A DNA stretch of 64,000 bases from Coniocarpon cinnabarinum (taxonomy: Eukaryota): NCBI GenBank assembly GCA_051942205.1, contig JAVECO010000011.1, positions 62,001 to 126,000 of the forward strand. Reading direction: 5' to 3'. The position numbers were made by a program, and so were the translations under genes. Under the pieces are notes generated by a model. It had not been told where the DNA came from. It saw only the letters and a program-made list of their open reading frames with translations, and searched no databases. The first letter of the stretch is position 1. Every line of letters starts with the position of its first letter. Below are positions 10,914-23,117 of this stretch, piece after piece.

Positions 10914-11458
10914 GCTTGAGCTAGGGCTCGGTTCAGAATTGAGATTTTATTTCACAGCAAGATTGAAGAAATGTCGAAGCTGATATGGGCTGTGCAACAG
11001 GTGCCACAGAGCTGTTGCAGCCTCGCCAGAGAGGAATCACAAGCGCGTTCAAGTCATGATTTGTAGGCAAGGAATGGCGTCTCACGGAGTGAACACAGCA
11101 CGGGCTGAGTAAGTGCTAGCAAGTCATAAGCTAGAGGAGAGCAGCGATGGATAAAAGGCAGAGCCATGCCGAAGGTCAGCAGAGCAGTGGTGGGTGGTGT
11201 GATTGCAAGCATTGTCGGAGGCGGCAGACCGGCTTCAACTCCGACTTTTCGGTTATCGATTGATCGACCGGACATCACATGACTTTGACTTGCCCCGCGA
11301 TTTGAAACCGTGACCCACCGCTCCAAGAATTCGACGTGGTAAAGCATCTACCATGTCCAAAACGTGACCACCGTCGCACCTTTGAAACCCAGACCCAGAT
11401 TCTCATAAGCTCTCTCAAATTCAAATTATGTCTACAGAATCGAAGGATGAATGTCATG

Positions 11459-13409
11459 TCACCTGAGCGTCTCAGCTGTGCGCGCTGGCCTGCCACGCCG
11501 CACTTGACGCCTCATCGAAAACATATCTGGCTGCCATGCCCGGTCTCCCCCTTCGGATCGCTTGTTCGCCGCTGGCGCATTGCTGTCTCCCTTTTTCTGA
11601 GCAGCTGCAACTTCCCCGGGCACTGGCATTGATGTTGCGGTCGACCGTGCTGAGCTGGGCGCGGCTTTTGCAAACTGTTTCACTTCATTATCGGTAGCTC
11701 TAGACCGTGCGCCGCTGCGTGGGACAGTCACTGTCTTTGTAATGGTGGTGGTCGAAGTGGATTCAGACGAGCTTGAGCGCGAGGCCCTTGAGCCTGCTCC
11801 TTTCATCATTCCTGTGTAGACACAAAAGGTGCCGAAATGCGGTGGGCAATTGCCATCTGCATCCATGAGCTGCGCAGGAAGTGTGGGCTGGCAAGAGGCT
11901 TCAGAGCCCTCACTGCCTCCTTGTCTGCCCGAGGCTCCAGACGTGCCTGAATCACCCGCACCAGTTGAAGCTTGAGACTTGCCTGAACTATTGTTGTCCC
12001 CTAAGCTCTCTGAGTCGTCTTCATCGTCTTCGTCGTCTGTGTCATCCGTGTCGTCTGTGTTTTCGATGTCGTCACTGTTAGCCGTACCGCCTGAGCTGCC
12101 GGTTTGCGCCGAGTTCTTCGCGTTACCAGGCGGGGCTGAAGCTTCGGCTGTACTAGATGTTGAAGACGATAATATTGTTGTCGTCTTGGTGATCCACGAT
12201 GTAATCGTGCTCGTTGAAGTTCGTGTAGAGGTTGATTCAGTGTTACTTGAGGAAGCTGCATTGGCGACTTTGGACGTGTCACTGGGACCACTTGAGTCTT
12301 CATCATCATCGTCGGAAAGATCAGTGTCATCTGTGCTCTTCGAAGGAGTAGAGCTCTTCTCGCCTTCTTCGCTGTCAGAATCGTCTTGGTCATCGTCGTC
12401 GCCGCCGAGACCACTCGAGCCGGTATCACTGCCTGCCGTGGATGCAGGCCAAACAGTGGTAGTCCGCGTGGTCCAGTCCGTTATTGTACTGGTTGAGGTA
12501 CTTGTGATTGAGTCACTTGTGGGTGAGCTACTTGTGGTTGAACTACTCGTAGTTGAGCTGCTTGAGGTTGAGCTGCTTGAGGCTGAGCTGCTTGAGGCTG
12601 AGCTCTTACTTCCCGAACCTGACACAACGCCGGTATCTGTGTCAATGCCTTTGTCGTTATACCCGCGCAAGTCGCTGTTCAAGCCATCTGATTCTGCACT
12701 TTGCAGGTTTGATGCGACGTTTGACGATGCAGTAGCTGAATCGAGCTCCGACAGAGAGCTGTTCGCGACACTTGGCATTTGCGGCGGAGCCGTGATCGAG
12801 GGCATAGGTGGGCCCTTATCAGGGACATAGGGTTGTAGTGCCGTCGACATGGGAGAGATATCCTTGCCTACACCCTGGTCCGACAACCATGGTGGGACGT
12901 TGCTAGAGAGTAGATTCGCCGACAATGGAGGAGACATAGAAGACGTAGAGGATGTAGAGGACGTGGAGGTCGTCGAAGGCGTAGAGGGAGTAAAGGATGT
13001 GAGTGCGGCGGCATTCAAGACCGTTGGTGGAACGTACGTTTGGGCTGTATTTATTGTTGCTGCGGCATTTGACACTAACGACGGAACGTTCGCTTGGGCT
13101 GTACTTGATGTTGCTGCGACCGTAGACGATGCGCCAGAAACATCGCTGCCAAACTCGCCTGATGGATTGAGCTCGCCGTATGTCGCTGCGAAATCAGTAC
13201 GTGCAAATAAGCCTGTTGCGTTTTAGCGATCAGTTGTCGTTTTGAATATGGAGCGACGTACGGGCCCAGGTACTGGTCGTCCTGTCCCTCCAAGGGTCTA
13301 CTGCTAGCCCATCATGGTCCTCTTCGGATCGCAAAGCACAAATAAGAGATATCTCAAACAATATTAGAAGATACGTAGGGAGACGGTGCGCGCCTCCTGA
13401 AGCCTTCAT
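11459..13409 (-). CDS. Ser/Thr/Asp-rich mucin-like, probably secreted or surface protein
   Basis: Long low-complexity ORF with repeated TSTxTITxWxTxTT blocks. An upstream exon from ATG 13409 with a hydrophobic signal-like segment (YLLILFEISLICA) joins in frame through a GTACGT...ACTGAT...CAG intron. Confidence 0.6.
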
Positions 13410-14175
13410 CAGTAGCACTGTGCATGGGGAATGAGTGACTCAGTAAATGGGGCTATGGCGTGTAGTCAAAGAATGAATGGCGGACAAGGCGAAAAAAAAG
13501 AGAGAATCGAAAGGAGATAGAGATGTTGTTTCGCAAGAAAAATGCAAGACGTTGGTTCCACACAAGACAGGAAACAGGAAGGGGGATCTTCCACGCAGAC
13601 GCAGGAATGAATCGTGTTGACTGAACAGATGGTCGAACTTATTTACAGCATCAGGGGCCGGGGAGGTGTCGCATTCTGACGGTGATTTGCCAAGGCGTGG
13701 GTGGCCACCTCGTCTGAAACGAAGTATGAATCTGGCATCTTAATTATGGGAGCAGTAAGTTTTGGGTCCGAGGGCGTACTCGGGCCGTGAGGATATTTTC
13801 CATGACAGCCAAACCTGTCACAGTTTTGAGAATGAGGTCTATTGTACTTTGACAGCAGTCAGTGACGTGAACTCCGGCCAAGTCGCTTGACTGTGAGATG
13901 TAACGGGTGATGTCGAGGAGGAGAACAAGCTGTCAAGAACGGGCGACGTGCCTTCCTGCCTCGCAACGCAGGCTTCTAGGCTTGGCACTCGTGATTCCGC
14001 CCCGAACTTGGCACGAGCGGTTCTAGACGCGGCTCACGGCGGATCGATCTTGATTGACACAGTGTCGCAAGTCATCGTGCTCTTCTACCAACAGTGACCC
14101 AGGCAATCAAGGATTCACCCGCATTCAAGGACATCCTCATTCGGCACGTTATCATAACAATCACCTGCCATATTC

Positions 14176-17100
14176 CTACACGTCGTAATTAACGCTCCCC
14201 AGTCCTCGTAATCGTACAGATTCATTTACCGCTCCCTTGACGCTTTCCACAGCCTGTGCCCACGAGTATGCATCTTGTGAACGACGAGAGCTTGGTGATG
14301 AGTCGGATCGCACTGCGTCTTCGGTGTAGTCGATAACATGGGCCAGCCACTTGACCACGTCCACAGCTTTGCGCATGTCACCTTCGTCCATGACAACCTG
14401 GCTGAGATAGCTGTTCAGGGCATCGACATCCTCTTGATACGGACCATCTTCTTGGAACTCTTCATGCCAGGAGCTGATTGCTTCTCGTAGTTCGTCAAGC
14501 CTCGACAGATTGCTTTGCGTAAAAGTCGGTCGAGGCGGTGGCGCTTCGAGTCGCAAAACACGCTCTCCATTCACCTGATCATAGATCCCCTTCTTTAGCC
14601 CGCGTAAAGTGTGCAAGCCCCGTCGGCGTCGTGAAACTTCGATCCCACCGCTCCGCTTCCGCTGCTCTCGCTTGTGGTTTTCAATGACTTCAGCTCGAAC
14701 ATCTTCGGGAAGAGCTTCAAGAAAATCGGCCGCGATGTCACCAGACCCCGCATCACTGTCAGATTCGGCATGCGCAGCGACAAAGTTCGCTTGAGTCAAC
14801 GTAGGATTGTTTCGGGATGAAACACCTTTCAAACGCGCGAGAAGACTTCCACCTCTTGGTCTGCCCCTTGTCCTACCTCTGGTGGTTGCAACCGACTTGA
14901 CTGTACGATTCTTGCGAGGCGACTGAGGTAGAACGGCTTGACCACGCTGCGTTTGCGCCTTTGATGGAGATTTCTGGTATTGCGAAAGAATTTCCCTGCG
15001 GACCTCTTTCGGTAACGCATCTAGAATAGCAGCATCAATCTGCGACTGATTCGGCAAAGCAGTGAACGCAAACGGCCGCGGTGCGGTAGATTCGTTTCGT
15101 ATCGCTTGCGCAAGCTTCAGAGGTGGCTGTTTCCCTTGCTTCGGAATACGCTGCTGAAGCTTGGCGCGGACATCTGCCGGAAGCTCGACTAGGACTGACG
15201 GGTCAACTTGGGTCGGAAGGATGAACTGAGTGCCCGTGGTGTTAAGCGGCCCTCGAGAGGGACTATCTTCTATTGCCTGTGCGACGCTGGCAACACCATG
15301 CAGTCTAGGTCGCTTCGGAGTCTCCGGATCGTCTTGAATGTCATCATTTTCTGTGGGTTGAGGTTTGCGATGGTGATTTGTGACTGTCTGAAATTGGGAT
15401 CCTGGCCTGGATTGGCGACGTCCGGACTCTGCTTCATCGTGCGGTAGGGAGGCTGTGTGCATAGTATGAGTTATAACTTTGTGATCTTCGCGAGCAGAAG
15501 TCTTCCCATCTTCTTGTGGAATTTGGGGCGCAGGGGCGACATCAAAGCGGAGAAGTCGCTGACTTCCATCATTCTTCCCAGATACTGATGTTTTGACAGG
15601 CTCCAACTTGGTCATCTGGATACCCAAACCCCTCAATTCACCAGGGGAGAAGCCAAAGCCACGCAGCATGGAAATCGTTTCCTTGCTGATTGTGTCTTTC
15701 TCATTCGTCAGAACACCAAGCACGACGCTTTTATTGTAGATATCACACTTTCCATGGCCGAGGTGCTTTGGTGGATCCATTGGAGCGTCTTTAGAGCGAC
15801 GCATGACCTTCATCGTCAAGTTTCGTCCTTTGACGCCCTCTTTCACGAGACGTCGGCTCAGTTCTCCGCTGAGGCTAACCATAAACTCGTCCACCTGTTC
15901 TGACGTCTCAAATCGGACTCCCCAATTCACCTCAGCGGAGACGGATTTCCTTACGACTTGGTCGCCAACTTCTGTACGGTCAATGCCTCGTGAGGAGTTC
16001 CAGATCTTTTCGCCAGTCTTGGGTCCCAAAACAGAGACAAGCCGCTCCTTATTGAGGTCGCGAATATCCTTGACATACTTGACTCCTATGTCCTCGAGCT
16101 TTCCGCCAATGCTGTAAGCTACGCCGGGGAGGCTTTGAACTTCGAGGCCTCCAGTGAAGTCCAACACTTCTTCAGGTTTGATTTGATGTTGACCGGCTGG
16201 CTTTGCTTTACGCAGCGCTATTTTAGCAAGGAGAATGTTTCCACCAACGCCCACTGATACAGCGCAGCCGGATTTACGTTTGACTTGATCTCTAAGACTC
16301 TGTGCGATATCGTTCGCTTTGGCTTGCTCACGCCAGATGCTTCCCTCACGCACACCTGTGCCGTCCGTTCCTCCCGCAGAGTGACACTCAACGGAGATGT
16401 CCACAAGCGCCTCATCAATGCTGACGCTCTGCACAATACCGCCAGTTGCCATAATAGCATCGTAAAAGAGACGACTTGCGGCTTCGTATGCCGGGAAATC
16501 GTACGGCAGGACTTTCAGGTCCTCACACATCTCCTGAGCACGTTTCATCCACATGCCGTTCTTAACGCCGTACTTACGAGCTGGGTAATTGCAGCTTGCA
16601 ATCTCAGATCCCGACCCTGCGCCATGCGCAACCACGGCAGGCTTATCCTGAAATTGAGGATAGTTCTTTAATGATACGGCCACAAAGAAGCTGTCGAAGT
16701 CGACGTGTAGAATATAGCGTCGAGAGTTGGGCGCTCTCTTCTGCTTGGCCTTCTGAGAAGCCGTTTTCTCCGAAGTGAGAGCTTGCAGTTGCGATTTCAA
16801 GTCGGCCTTCCACGTGGACAAATGATGAAGGCGTGACTCTCGATAATACTGCTCGAGAAAATCGGGATTCAGTACGCTTGACTTGCGAATTCTCGGATCA
16901 GAGAGCAGCTCCCGATTGTGATCTTCTGCAGTCATCCTTGCTCTTTTCTCGGCTTGAGGTGACTCGTCGCTGTTTTTCCGCTTCAGGGGCGTGACATCTT
17001 GATCAGGTTCTAGAAACCCATTTGCCGTGAGCCGTTGAGGATGGACGACATGTGAAAGTTCGTTTGACTCTGCATTTGTGTCGTTGTCGCCACCACCACC

Positions 17101-17967
17101 AGGTTCGAGATTTGTTCCCGCTACCGGAGACGCTTGAAATTTTCTACCTTCCGAACGGCTTCGATGAACAGCCTCAGTATCTTCTGCCTCGCACTCGTCT
17201 CGAGCAGCATGACTTGACGTTGGTACTGACGCCTCAACACTAGCGTTTCCATCTTGCTTCCGTATCTTAAGCGCATTACTCGATGACAGCTCTGAGTTTG
17301 GCTTGCCGTCGTCGCTGAGGATCGCCGAACTGGGAAAGTCGTAATCGCCAATCTCAGGATCACGCAGATCTTGATGTGGTGTTCCGTCGTCCTGGCGCAA
17401 TTGTTTTGTGTACCAACTCGCGTCTGTTTGATCACGATAGCCCGCTTTTTTGTTGTTGACTTGACTCGTGATGTGTCCATCATCAAACTTGAGGACTTTC
17501 TGTTTTGCCCCTTCGTCAACGACGCGATAGTTCTCCCACGGTAGCAGAGCACCGGTCTGAACGCTGTCGACAATCCATGCGGGCTTTACAATGCGGTATT
17601 TTCGAAAGTCTTCCACCTTTTTTGGAGTGAGGTTGCTTGCAATTATGTGCGTGACTTGGGTCTTGCCATCTAGATACTGAATAAAGCCACCGCCATGTGT
17701 CACGATCAATACGTGAAGGTCATTCAAGGACGGTTGTGTGTAGCCATTGACGTGGGCGACAATACCTCGAAATATGTGAGGCTTATCATCGTTTTCTGAC
17801 CGTATCTGAGCATCGAGATTCTGAAGTTTAATCTTCTTGCGTCTAAAGTACTCTGGAAAGCCACCGAACTTGGAAGGCTCATATTCTTCTCCTTCTTCGT
17901 TGTCGAAGTCGTGGTTCTCTATCCGCTTGCGTACTGCATTCGAATTGGCTTCGAGTCGAGAGCCCAT
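14176..17967 (-). CDS. REV1: DNA repair protein Rev1 (Y-family deoxycytidyl transferase)
   Basis: BRCT domain (IVKPAWIVDS), N-digit SRLHHLSTWK, HVDFDSFF, ASCNYPARKYG, SIDEA, UBM repeats (LPADVR, LPKEVR, LPEDVR), Rev1 C-terminal domain. Confidence 0.96.
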   Translation of the reverse strand: MGSRLEANSNAVRKRIENHDFDNEEGEEYEPSKFGGFPEYFRRKKIKLQNLDAQIRSENDDKPHIFRGIVAHVNGYTQPSLNDLHVLIVTHGGGFIQYLDGKTQVTHIIASNLTPKKVEDFRKYRIVKPAWIVDSVQTGALLPWENYRVVDEGAKQKVLKFDDGHITSQVNNKKAGYRDQTDASWYTKQLRQDDGTPHQDLRDPEIGDYDFPSSAILSDDGKPNSELSSSNALKIRKQDGNASVEASVPTSSHAARDECEAEDTEAVHRSRSEGRKFQASPVAGTNLEPGGGGDNDTNAESNELSHVVHPQRLTANGFLEPDQDVTPLKRKNSDESPQAEKRARMTAEDHNRELLSDPRIRKSSVLNPDFLEQYYRESRLHHLSTWKADLKSQLQALTSEKTASQKAKQKRAPNSRRYILHVDFDSFFVAVSLKNYPQFQDKPAVVAHGAGSGSEIASCNYPARKYGVKNGMWMKRAQEMCEDLKVLPYDFPAYEAASRLFYDAIMATGGIVQSVSIDEALVDISVECHSAGGTDGTGVREGSIWREQAKANDIAQSLRDQVKRKSGCAVSVGVGGNILLAKIALRKAKPAGQHQIKPEEVLDFTGGLEVQSLPGVAYSIGGKLEDIGVKYVKDIRDLNKERLVSVLGPKTGEKIWNSSRGIDRTEVGDQVVRKSVSAEVNWGVRFETSEQVDEFMVSLSGELSRRLVKEGVKGRNLTMKVMRRSKDAPMDPPKHLGHGKCDIYNKSVVLGVLTNEKDTISKETISMLRGFGFSPGELRGLGIQMTKLEPVKTSVSGKNDGSQRLLRFDVAPAPQIPQEDGKTSAREDHKVITHTMHTASLPHDEAESGRRQSRPGSQFQTVTNHHRKPQPTENDDIQDDPETPKRPRLHGVASVAQAIEDSPSRGPLNTTGTQFILPTQVDPSVLVELPADVRAKLQQRIPKQGKQPPLKLAQAIRNESTAPRPFAFTALPNQSQIDAAILDALPKEVRREILSQYQKSPSKAQTQRGQAVLPQSPRKNRTVKSVATTRGRTRGRPRGGSLLARLKGVSSRNNPTLTQANFVAAHAESDSDAGSGDIAADFLEALPEDVRAEVIENHKREQRKRSGGIEVSRRRRGLHTLRGLKKGIYDQVNGERVLRLEAPPPRPTFTQSNLSRLDELREAISSWHEEFQEDGPYQEDVDALNSYLSQVVMDEGDMRKAVDVVKWLAHVIDYTEDAVRSDSSPSSRRSQDAYSWAQAVESVKGAVNESVRLRGLGSVNYDV

Positions 17968-18314
17968 TGCAGCAGGCAAAGAGCTGTCCGGCAGTGCACT
18001 GAGGAGAACTCATCATGTATGCAGGAGTCAGCGAATCCGTTCGTCGACTGCTGGTAGCGGGTAGGCCAGGTCTGAACACCTTATATCATACCTTTATCGC
18101 GACGGTAGAAAGCGCAAGCGCATCATGGGCATGGGGCTGCCCTGTGATCTGGCTGGAGATTAGGTTAAGCAACCCTCGCGTAAAATAGCCTTTTTACCTC
18201 TGAATTTTGCGCAGTCGACTTTTCTCCACAGCTTGCTCTTACACACCTTCACGCCGTAGGCTCTTCATTCCTTGACTGTCTTTTAAGTAGCTGTGATAGA
18301 CCTTCATAATTATC

Positions 18315-20076
18315 ATGGCGCAATCTGTGGTTCCAGTGGCCACGTGGGGCCTCACTGTTGGGCCCAATGAGGAGCCGGAAGGCGCCTTTGGTGTGAACAC
18401 AGAGCCTGGCACGTTACAGGTCACCATGGCCGCCATTGACCCAGACGAGGAGCCTCAATCGGTCAATGATGAGAAGCCAAAGAAGCCTCGCGCCACTCTC
18501 AAGATGATCGTGCTCAAAGATATGGGCATGGACAGTGATGAGGACGATGAGGACGAAGAAGACGTTGAGATGGCAGACCTACTTGACGGAGAAGACGAAG
18601 ATGATGATGAGGAAAGTCCAAACGGTGAGGGACCAAGTGATCCCAAGAAGAGCCCTAAAGAAATGAAAAAGAACGCCTTACTCAAAGCTCTCAAGAAGGA
18701 TGAAGATGACGTGCTGGCTGCCAATGGTCAAGCCAAGGGTAAGGGCAAAGCAGCAGCGGATGCAGAGGCGGACGATGATGAAGATGAGGACGAGGATGAT
18801 GGTATGCCCGAGGGCGCCGAAGAGTATGTGCTCTGCACCCTCGACCTGGACAATGTAAGTTCTCTTCCCATTATTTTGTGTTCCCACTCGCATTTGCCGA
18901 ATCCAGGACCTTGCCAGACCTGTTACATTCCAAACTTGAAAAGAGATGCTGACGAGCCACGCAGCATTTCAATCAGCCTCTGAACATTACAATTCCCTCC
19001 CATGAAGATGTCGCTTTCCGTGTCACTGGCACGAACTCAATCCACTTGACCGGTAACATTGTTGTCACCCCAGCCGACGAGGACGACGACCGTCTTGAAG
19101 ACCCCGAAGACGAGGATGTCGACCTTTCTCCGGACGAAGATGAGCTTGACCTTGCAGACGGCGACGAATCTGATGAGCTCGACGACATGGAAGACCCACG
19201 CGTCACAGAAGTCAGATCTGACGAGGAAGACGAAACCGAGGCTCCAGCGTTGGTGAAAAGCGCCAAAGCTAATGAAAAGGGCAGCAAGAAGCGACCGCGT
19301 GAAGACGACAGCAGTATGTTGGAAGCTGACGATGACAAGAAACCCACCACCAACGGTATACTAGACAAGGCGCTCAAGAACGACGCGACCACATCGCCTC
19401 AAATTAACGGCGAGACGCCCCTTGGTGCAGACGGCAAACCTCTCTCAAAGAATCAACTCAAGAAGCTGCGCAAGAAGATGAAGGACAACGCCGGCAACGC
19501 AGTCACCGTCACACAGACCGTCGATGACAACGACGAGGGCGAAAAGGTGACCACCGAGATGAAGAAAGAGACGCCGAACGGCAAGGCAAAAAGCGTGCAG
19601 TTCGCTGAGGAGCTCGTGCAAGATTCGAGTGCCCCCGCTGAGGCCAAGCAAGACGAGAAGAAGGGTGTCAAGCTCGAGAATCCGCGCGTCATCGACGGTG
19701 TCTCTGTTGACGACCGCAAGATCGGCACAGGGCCACAAGCCAAGAAGAACGACAAAGTGAGCATGCGCTACATCGGCAAGCTCGAATCTGACAAGAGCGT
19801 CTTCGACTGTAAGTCTTCATTACCGATCTCATTCACCACCTCGCTAACAAGAGCATAGCGAACAAGAAGGGCGCTCCCTTCAATTTCCGTCTCGGCACCG
19901 GACAGGTCATCAAAGGCTGGGACATTGGCGTACAGGGCATGCAAGCCGGTGGCGAGCGTCGTATTACAATCCCAGCGAAACACGCCTACGGCAGCAAGAA
20001 GTTGGACAAGATCCCCGCCAACAGCACCCTCATCTTCGACATTAAGCTCCTGGAGATTGACTCCAAGAAGAAATAA
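18315..20076 (+). CDS. FPR4: Nucleolar FK506-binding peptidyl-prolyl isomerase (nucleoplasmin-like domain + FKBP)
   Basis: NPL domain (VTMAAIDP...VLCTLD...IHLTGN), acidic and basic tracts, FKBP domain (MRYIGKLE...VFDSNKKG...VIKGWDIGV). Introns 18855-18964 and 19809-19858. Confidence 0.93.
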
Positions 20077-21658
20077 GCAACCCCATCAACAAATCAAAAA
20101 AGTTCCCCGGAGTCAAGGAAGGTAGGTGACGCTCTGTCGAAATGTCGCTGTCCAGAATCATGTGCAGCAAGTGATGGACTGGCTTTGTGTTTTTTCTCAT
20201 TTGTCAGCAAAGCGATATCTGACCTGCGTTCTGAGCATAGCGTTGGCGTTCTGTCTATGGATCTGTCCATGAGGGTGGCAACGAAGCGCTCCGCTCAATC
20301 GGCACGCGGGGATGACGATTTCCGCGTCTGTAGTTGTTTTCCGCTTCGCGATTGTTTGTGTCGAGGTAGATAGGACTCACATACTCTAGTGTACGAATGC
20401 AAATCATCCGCTCTGGAGTTACTGTTTGTCTTGATGTGACTGACTTGGCAATGCTCCTGTCTTGAATGATGTATAGCGCGTGTTTCTCTACTTTCTCGCC
20501 TACTCGTGCGTGAATTTTCCTGTTCATGGCGTACTGAATGCTGAACACATTCTGTTGCAACACAGTTCAAACACGGCTGCTTGAGCTTGACAAAGACCGC
20601 CTCAGCGACCGGAAGGATGAGACACAGCCGGCTTGAAAACTTAGAGCCATTATCAGTATCCAGAGAATGAACACGCCGCTCTCAAAACAGCCAGTCGCGC
20701 CAACTGACCACCCTCGAAAAGCACGCAACAAAAACCAAATGACATCCACTTTCACAATCACTAAGTCCACAAGTATAGTTGCAAAGCTGCAAAGCAATCA
20801 GGTGAGCCATCATTTACATCGCTCGCCAAACGAGACACACAGGCCCTCCTAGTCTGACCAACAGACGAGACTACTGAATCAAGGCTATCACGCTATTAAG
20901 ATATCACCAATGTCAGTGCGCTGCTCTTAAACAGCGAAAAGCTCAGCGTGTTCTACTCTTATTTCGCGTTTTGAAAGTTTTCGCTTTCGAAACTTTTTGT
21001 CTGATATCTCGAAAGCTGTCCACTGTTCAGTACAGCATGTTATGCAGCAAGAGTAAATTCTCAGATAGCGTCAAGGAGGCGGCGATTGTTTGTTAGCTGA
21101 TCTTGCGTGCAATTAATAGTTGCAAGGCTGCTCTGTGGGACAGCGCACAGCATTAATTAATTATACGTTTAGCCAATGCAACAGCGATTGGGCTAGACAG
21201 GACGCTTCCCTTAGTCGAGCACATGTTCACCTGTGATCCTGAAGTCTGGACGACATTATACCCGATAGCTGGTATACTTACCAGAATGTAGTTTGACATA
21301 TATTGTTTCGAGGTGCTTAGGTGCTACACTTCTACATTTCAGCGTCCTCACTATGTTGGTGATGCTTTCTCTCGCAGGGCTCAGTAAAGTTGATGCGTTC
21401 TTACGATGACTTTTTCCGAGATAGTTGACTTTTCGGAGGCCAGCTGTTTTACTAGGAAGTTAATCGAAAGATGGGTGAAAGCATGCAAACTGAGTTCAAC
21501 CCTCTCCATAGCAGCGCAAAAGAACGGTGCTCTTCTATTCAGTGGTTGCGGAAAATGCACAGGTACCACTTTACCATTGAAACTGTTGCAAACGCCATCT
21601 TGCAGACTCAACCTGATTTCGAGGTCGCTCCTTCGCTCAATGCACCCAAACACATGCG

Positions 21659-22698
21659 TTAGACTTCCATGCCCATGAAGAACCATCTTCTACTTGTCAA
21701 GTCGGCTCCTCCAGCCCATTGCTCGAGTGTAGCCGGCTCGAAGCCAACCCAGCCCAGATCACGGACGACAGCGCTGGTTGCCGGTGGTGATGTTGGGCGT
21801 TCCACGCAGATGACTAGCTGCTCACAAGCCAATCCAGGCGTCGAAGCGAGCTCAATGAGCGCCATAAGCCTGTCGATTAGTCAGTCAACCGCTCTACAGT
21901 CATTTCAGTGCCCCACATACGCTGGCTTCAGATCTTTCGCGATGACGATTGCATCGAAGAACACAAAAAGAGTCTTCTGCCGGGACTCCGGGCTGTCCAC
22001 GGTGAAGCCGCGAAAGCGGGCATCACCAACGTAATCCCACATCTCAAAATACTCTGCCGTGTAGGAATGCTCGAATCGTTGCAACTGTAAACCAATCAAA
22101 CTCTCATCCGGTGGCGTCATTTGCCTCATTTGCTTCGTGTTGTTCATTTGACAGGCATCCCTGTCAAGCGCACCGATCCCAAGCGGACCTCTGGACGCCC
22201 CCTTCTCACCCAAGAAGAGCGCCGCAAGCTGCCCGCAGAAGAGTCTCTCACATTCTTCTGTGATCGTGTACGCTGCCCCCGCTATCCTAGTGCCACTGCT
22301 GCTCGCGAATCGTGTCGGACTCGTGCTGTGTGATCTCTGCGATGACGACGCCGAGATGTAGTCGTAAGCAGTGGCAGTGGTAGCTAGCGGGGGGCTTTCA
22401 GGCGGTGAAGGGTATCCCGAGCGGACCTCAGGAGCACCACTCGACCCCTGTGAGATGGGCGTTAGTATCAGGCTTCGATTCAGGAAACAGAGGTACAGAT
22501 TGGAGACATACCGCCAGCCCCGGTAGTGGAGTAGTGAAGTCCCTTCAACGCGCCGGAAAGGGCATTGACGGTGTAGCAGCTCGCCTTGATATTGGCACGG
22601 CGAGCGCCCGAAGAGCTCGACATCTTAGAAGAGGGTGAAGAGGAGCGGCTGGAATTACTGTTGAGGTTATTGTAGTTCTGATTCGTAATTCGAGCCAT
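21659..22698 (-). CDS. OAZ1: Ornithine decarboxylase antizyme, expressed through a +1 ribosomal frameshift
   Basis: ORF1 (intron 22448-22511) ends GTC GAG TGG TGC TCC TGA. The +1 frame reads EVRSGYPSPPESPPLA...GAAYTITEECERLFC...EMWDYVG...LMALIELA...DLGWVGF. Second intron 21870-21920. Confidence 0.93.
22428..22433 (-). other. Antizyme +1 frameshift site UCC-UGA
   Basis: TCC at 22433-22431 and TGA at 22430-22428; skipping one nucleotide opens ORF2. Confidence 0.9.
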
Positions 22699-23117
22699 GT
22701 TGATTCGATTCTGCCACAATGGCGGTCAATGACTCAGTGATTTGAGGAGTGAGTACTAAAGCGAGGTTGGTCTTGAACGTTTGTCTGAGATAAGACTCAA
22801 TGCTCGTTGTATGCAATTGATTGTCAGGCCGTTAAATTTAGAAGTGAACTATTCACTATAGGTGACAAAGAGGGACGAGCAGAAAGCAGTAGCACTATGA
22901 TTTTCGTGAGTCGTAGGGCGAATCGAGAACGCACAAAGAAATAGCTGCACCACGCCCTACTGGATAAGGCAAGCCAGCTGTCATTGACAGGCACGTGACC
23001 ATTTAGGCCCTAGCTACACCTCGAGCACTATCTATAATTAAATGCACAATCAAATGCACAACAGTGACTCTCTGACTGACTCCGATACAGTCACGTCTGA
23101 CAGATTCTCCGCCTTTG

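Noticed and set aside
11979..13226. Long plus-strand ORFs
   Set aside because: Antisense shadows of the low-complexity minus-strand gene.
20880..21180. AT-rich patch as a transposon relic
   Set aside because: No terminal repeats or coding remnants are visible.
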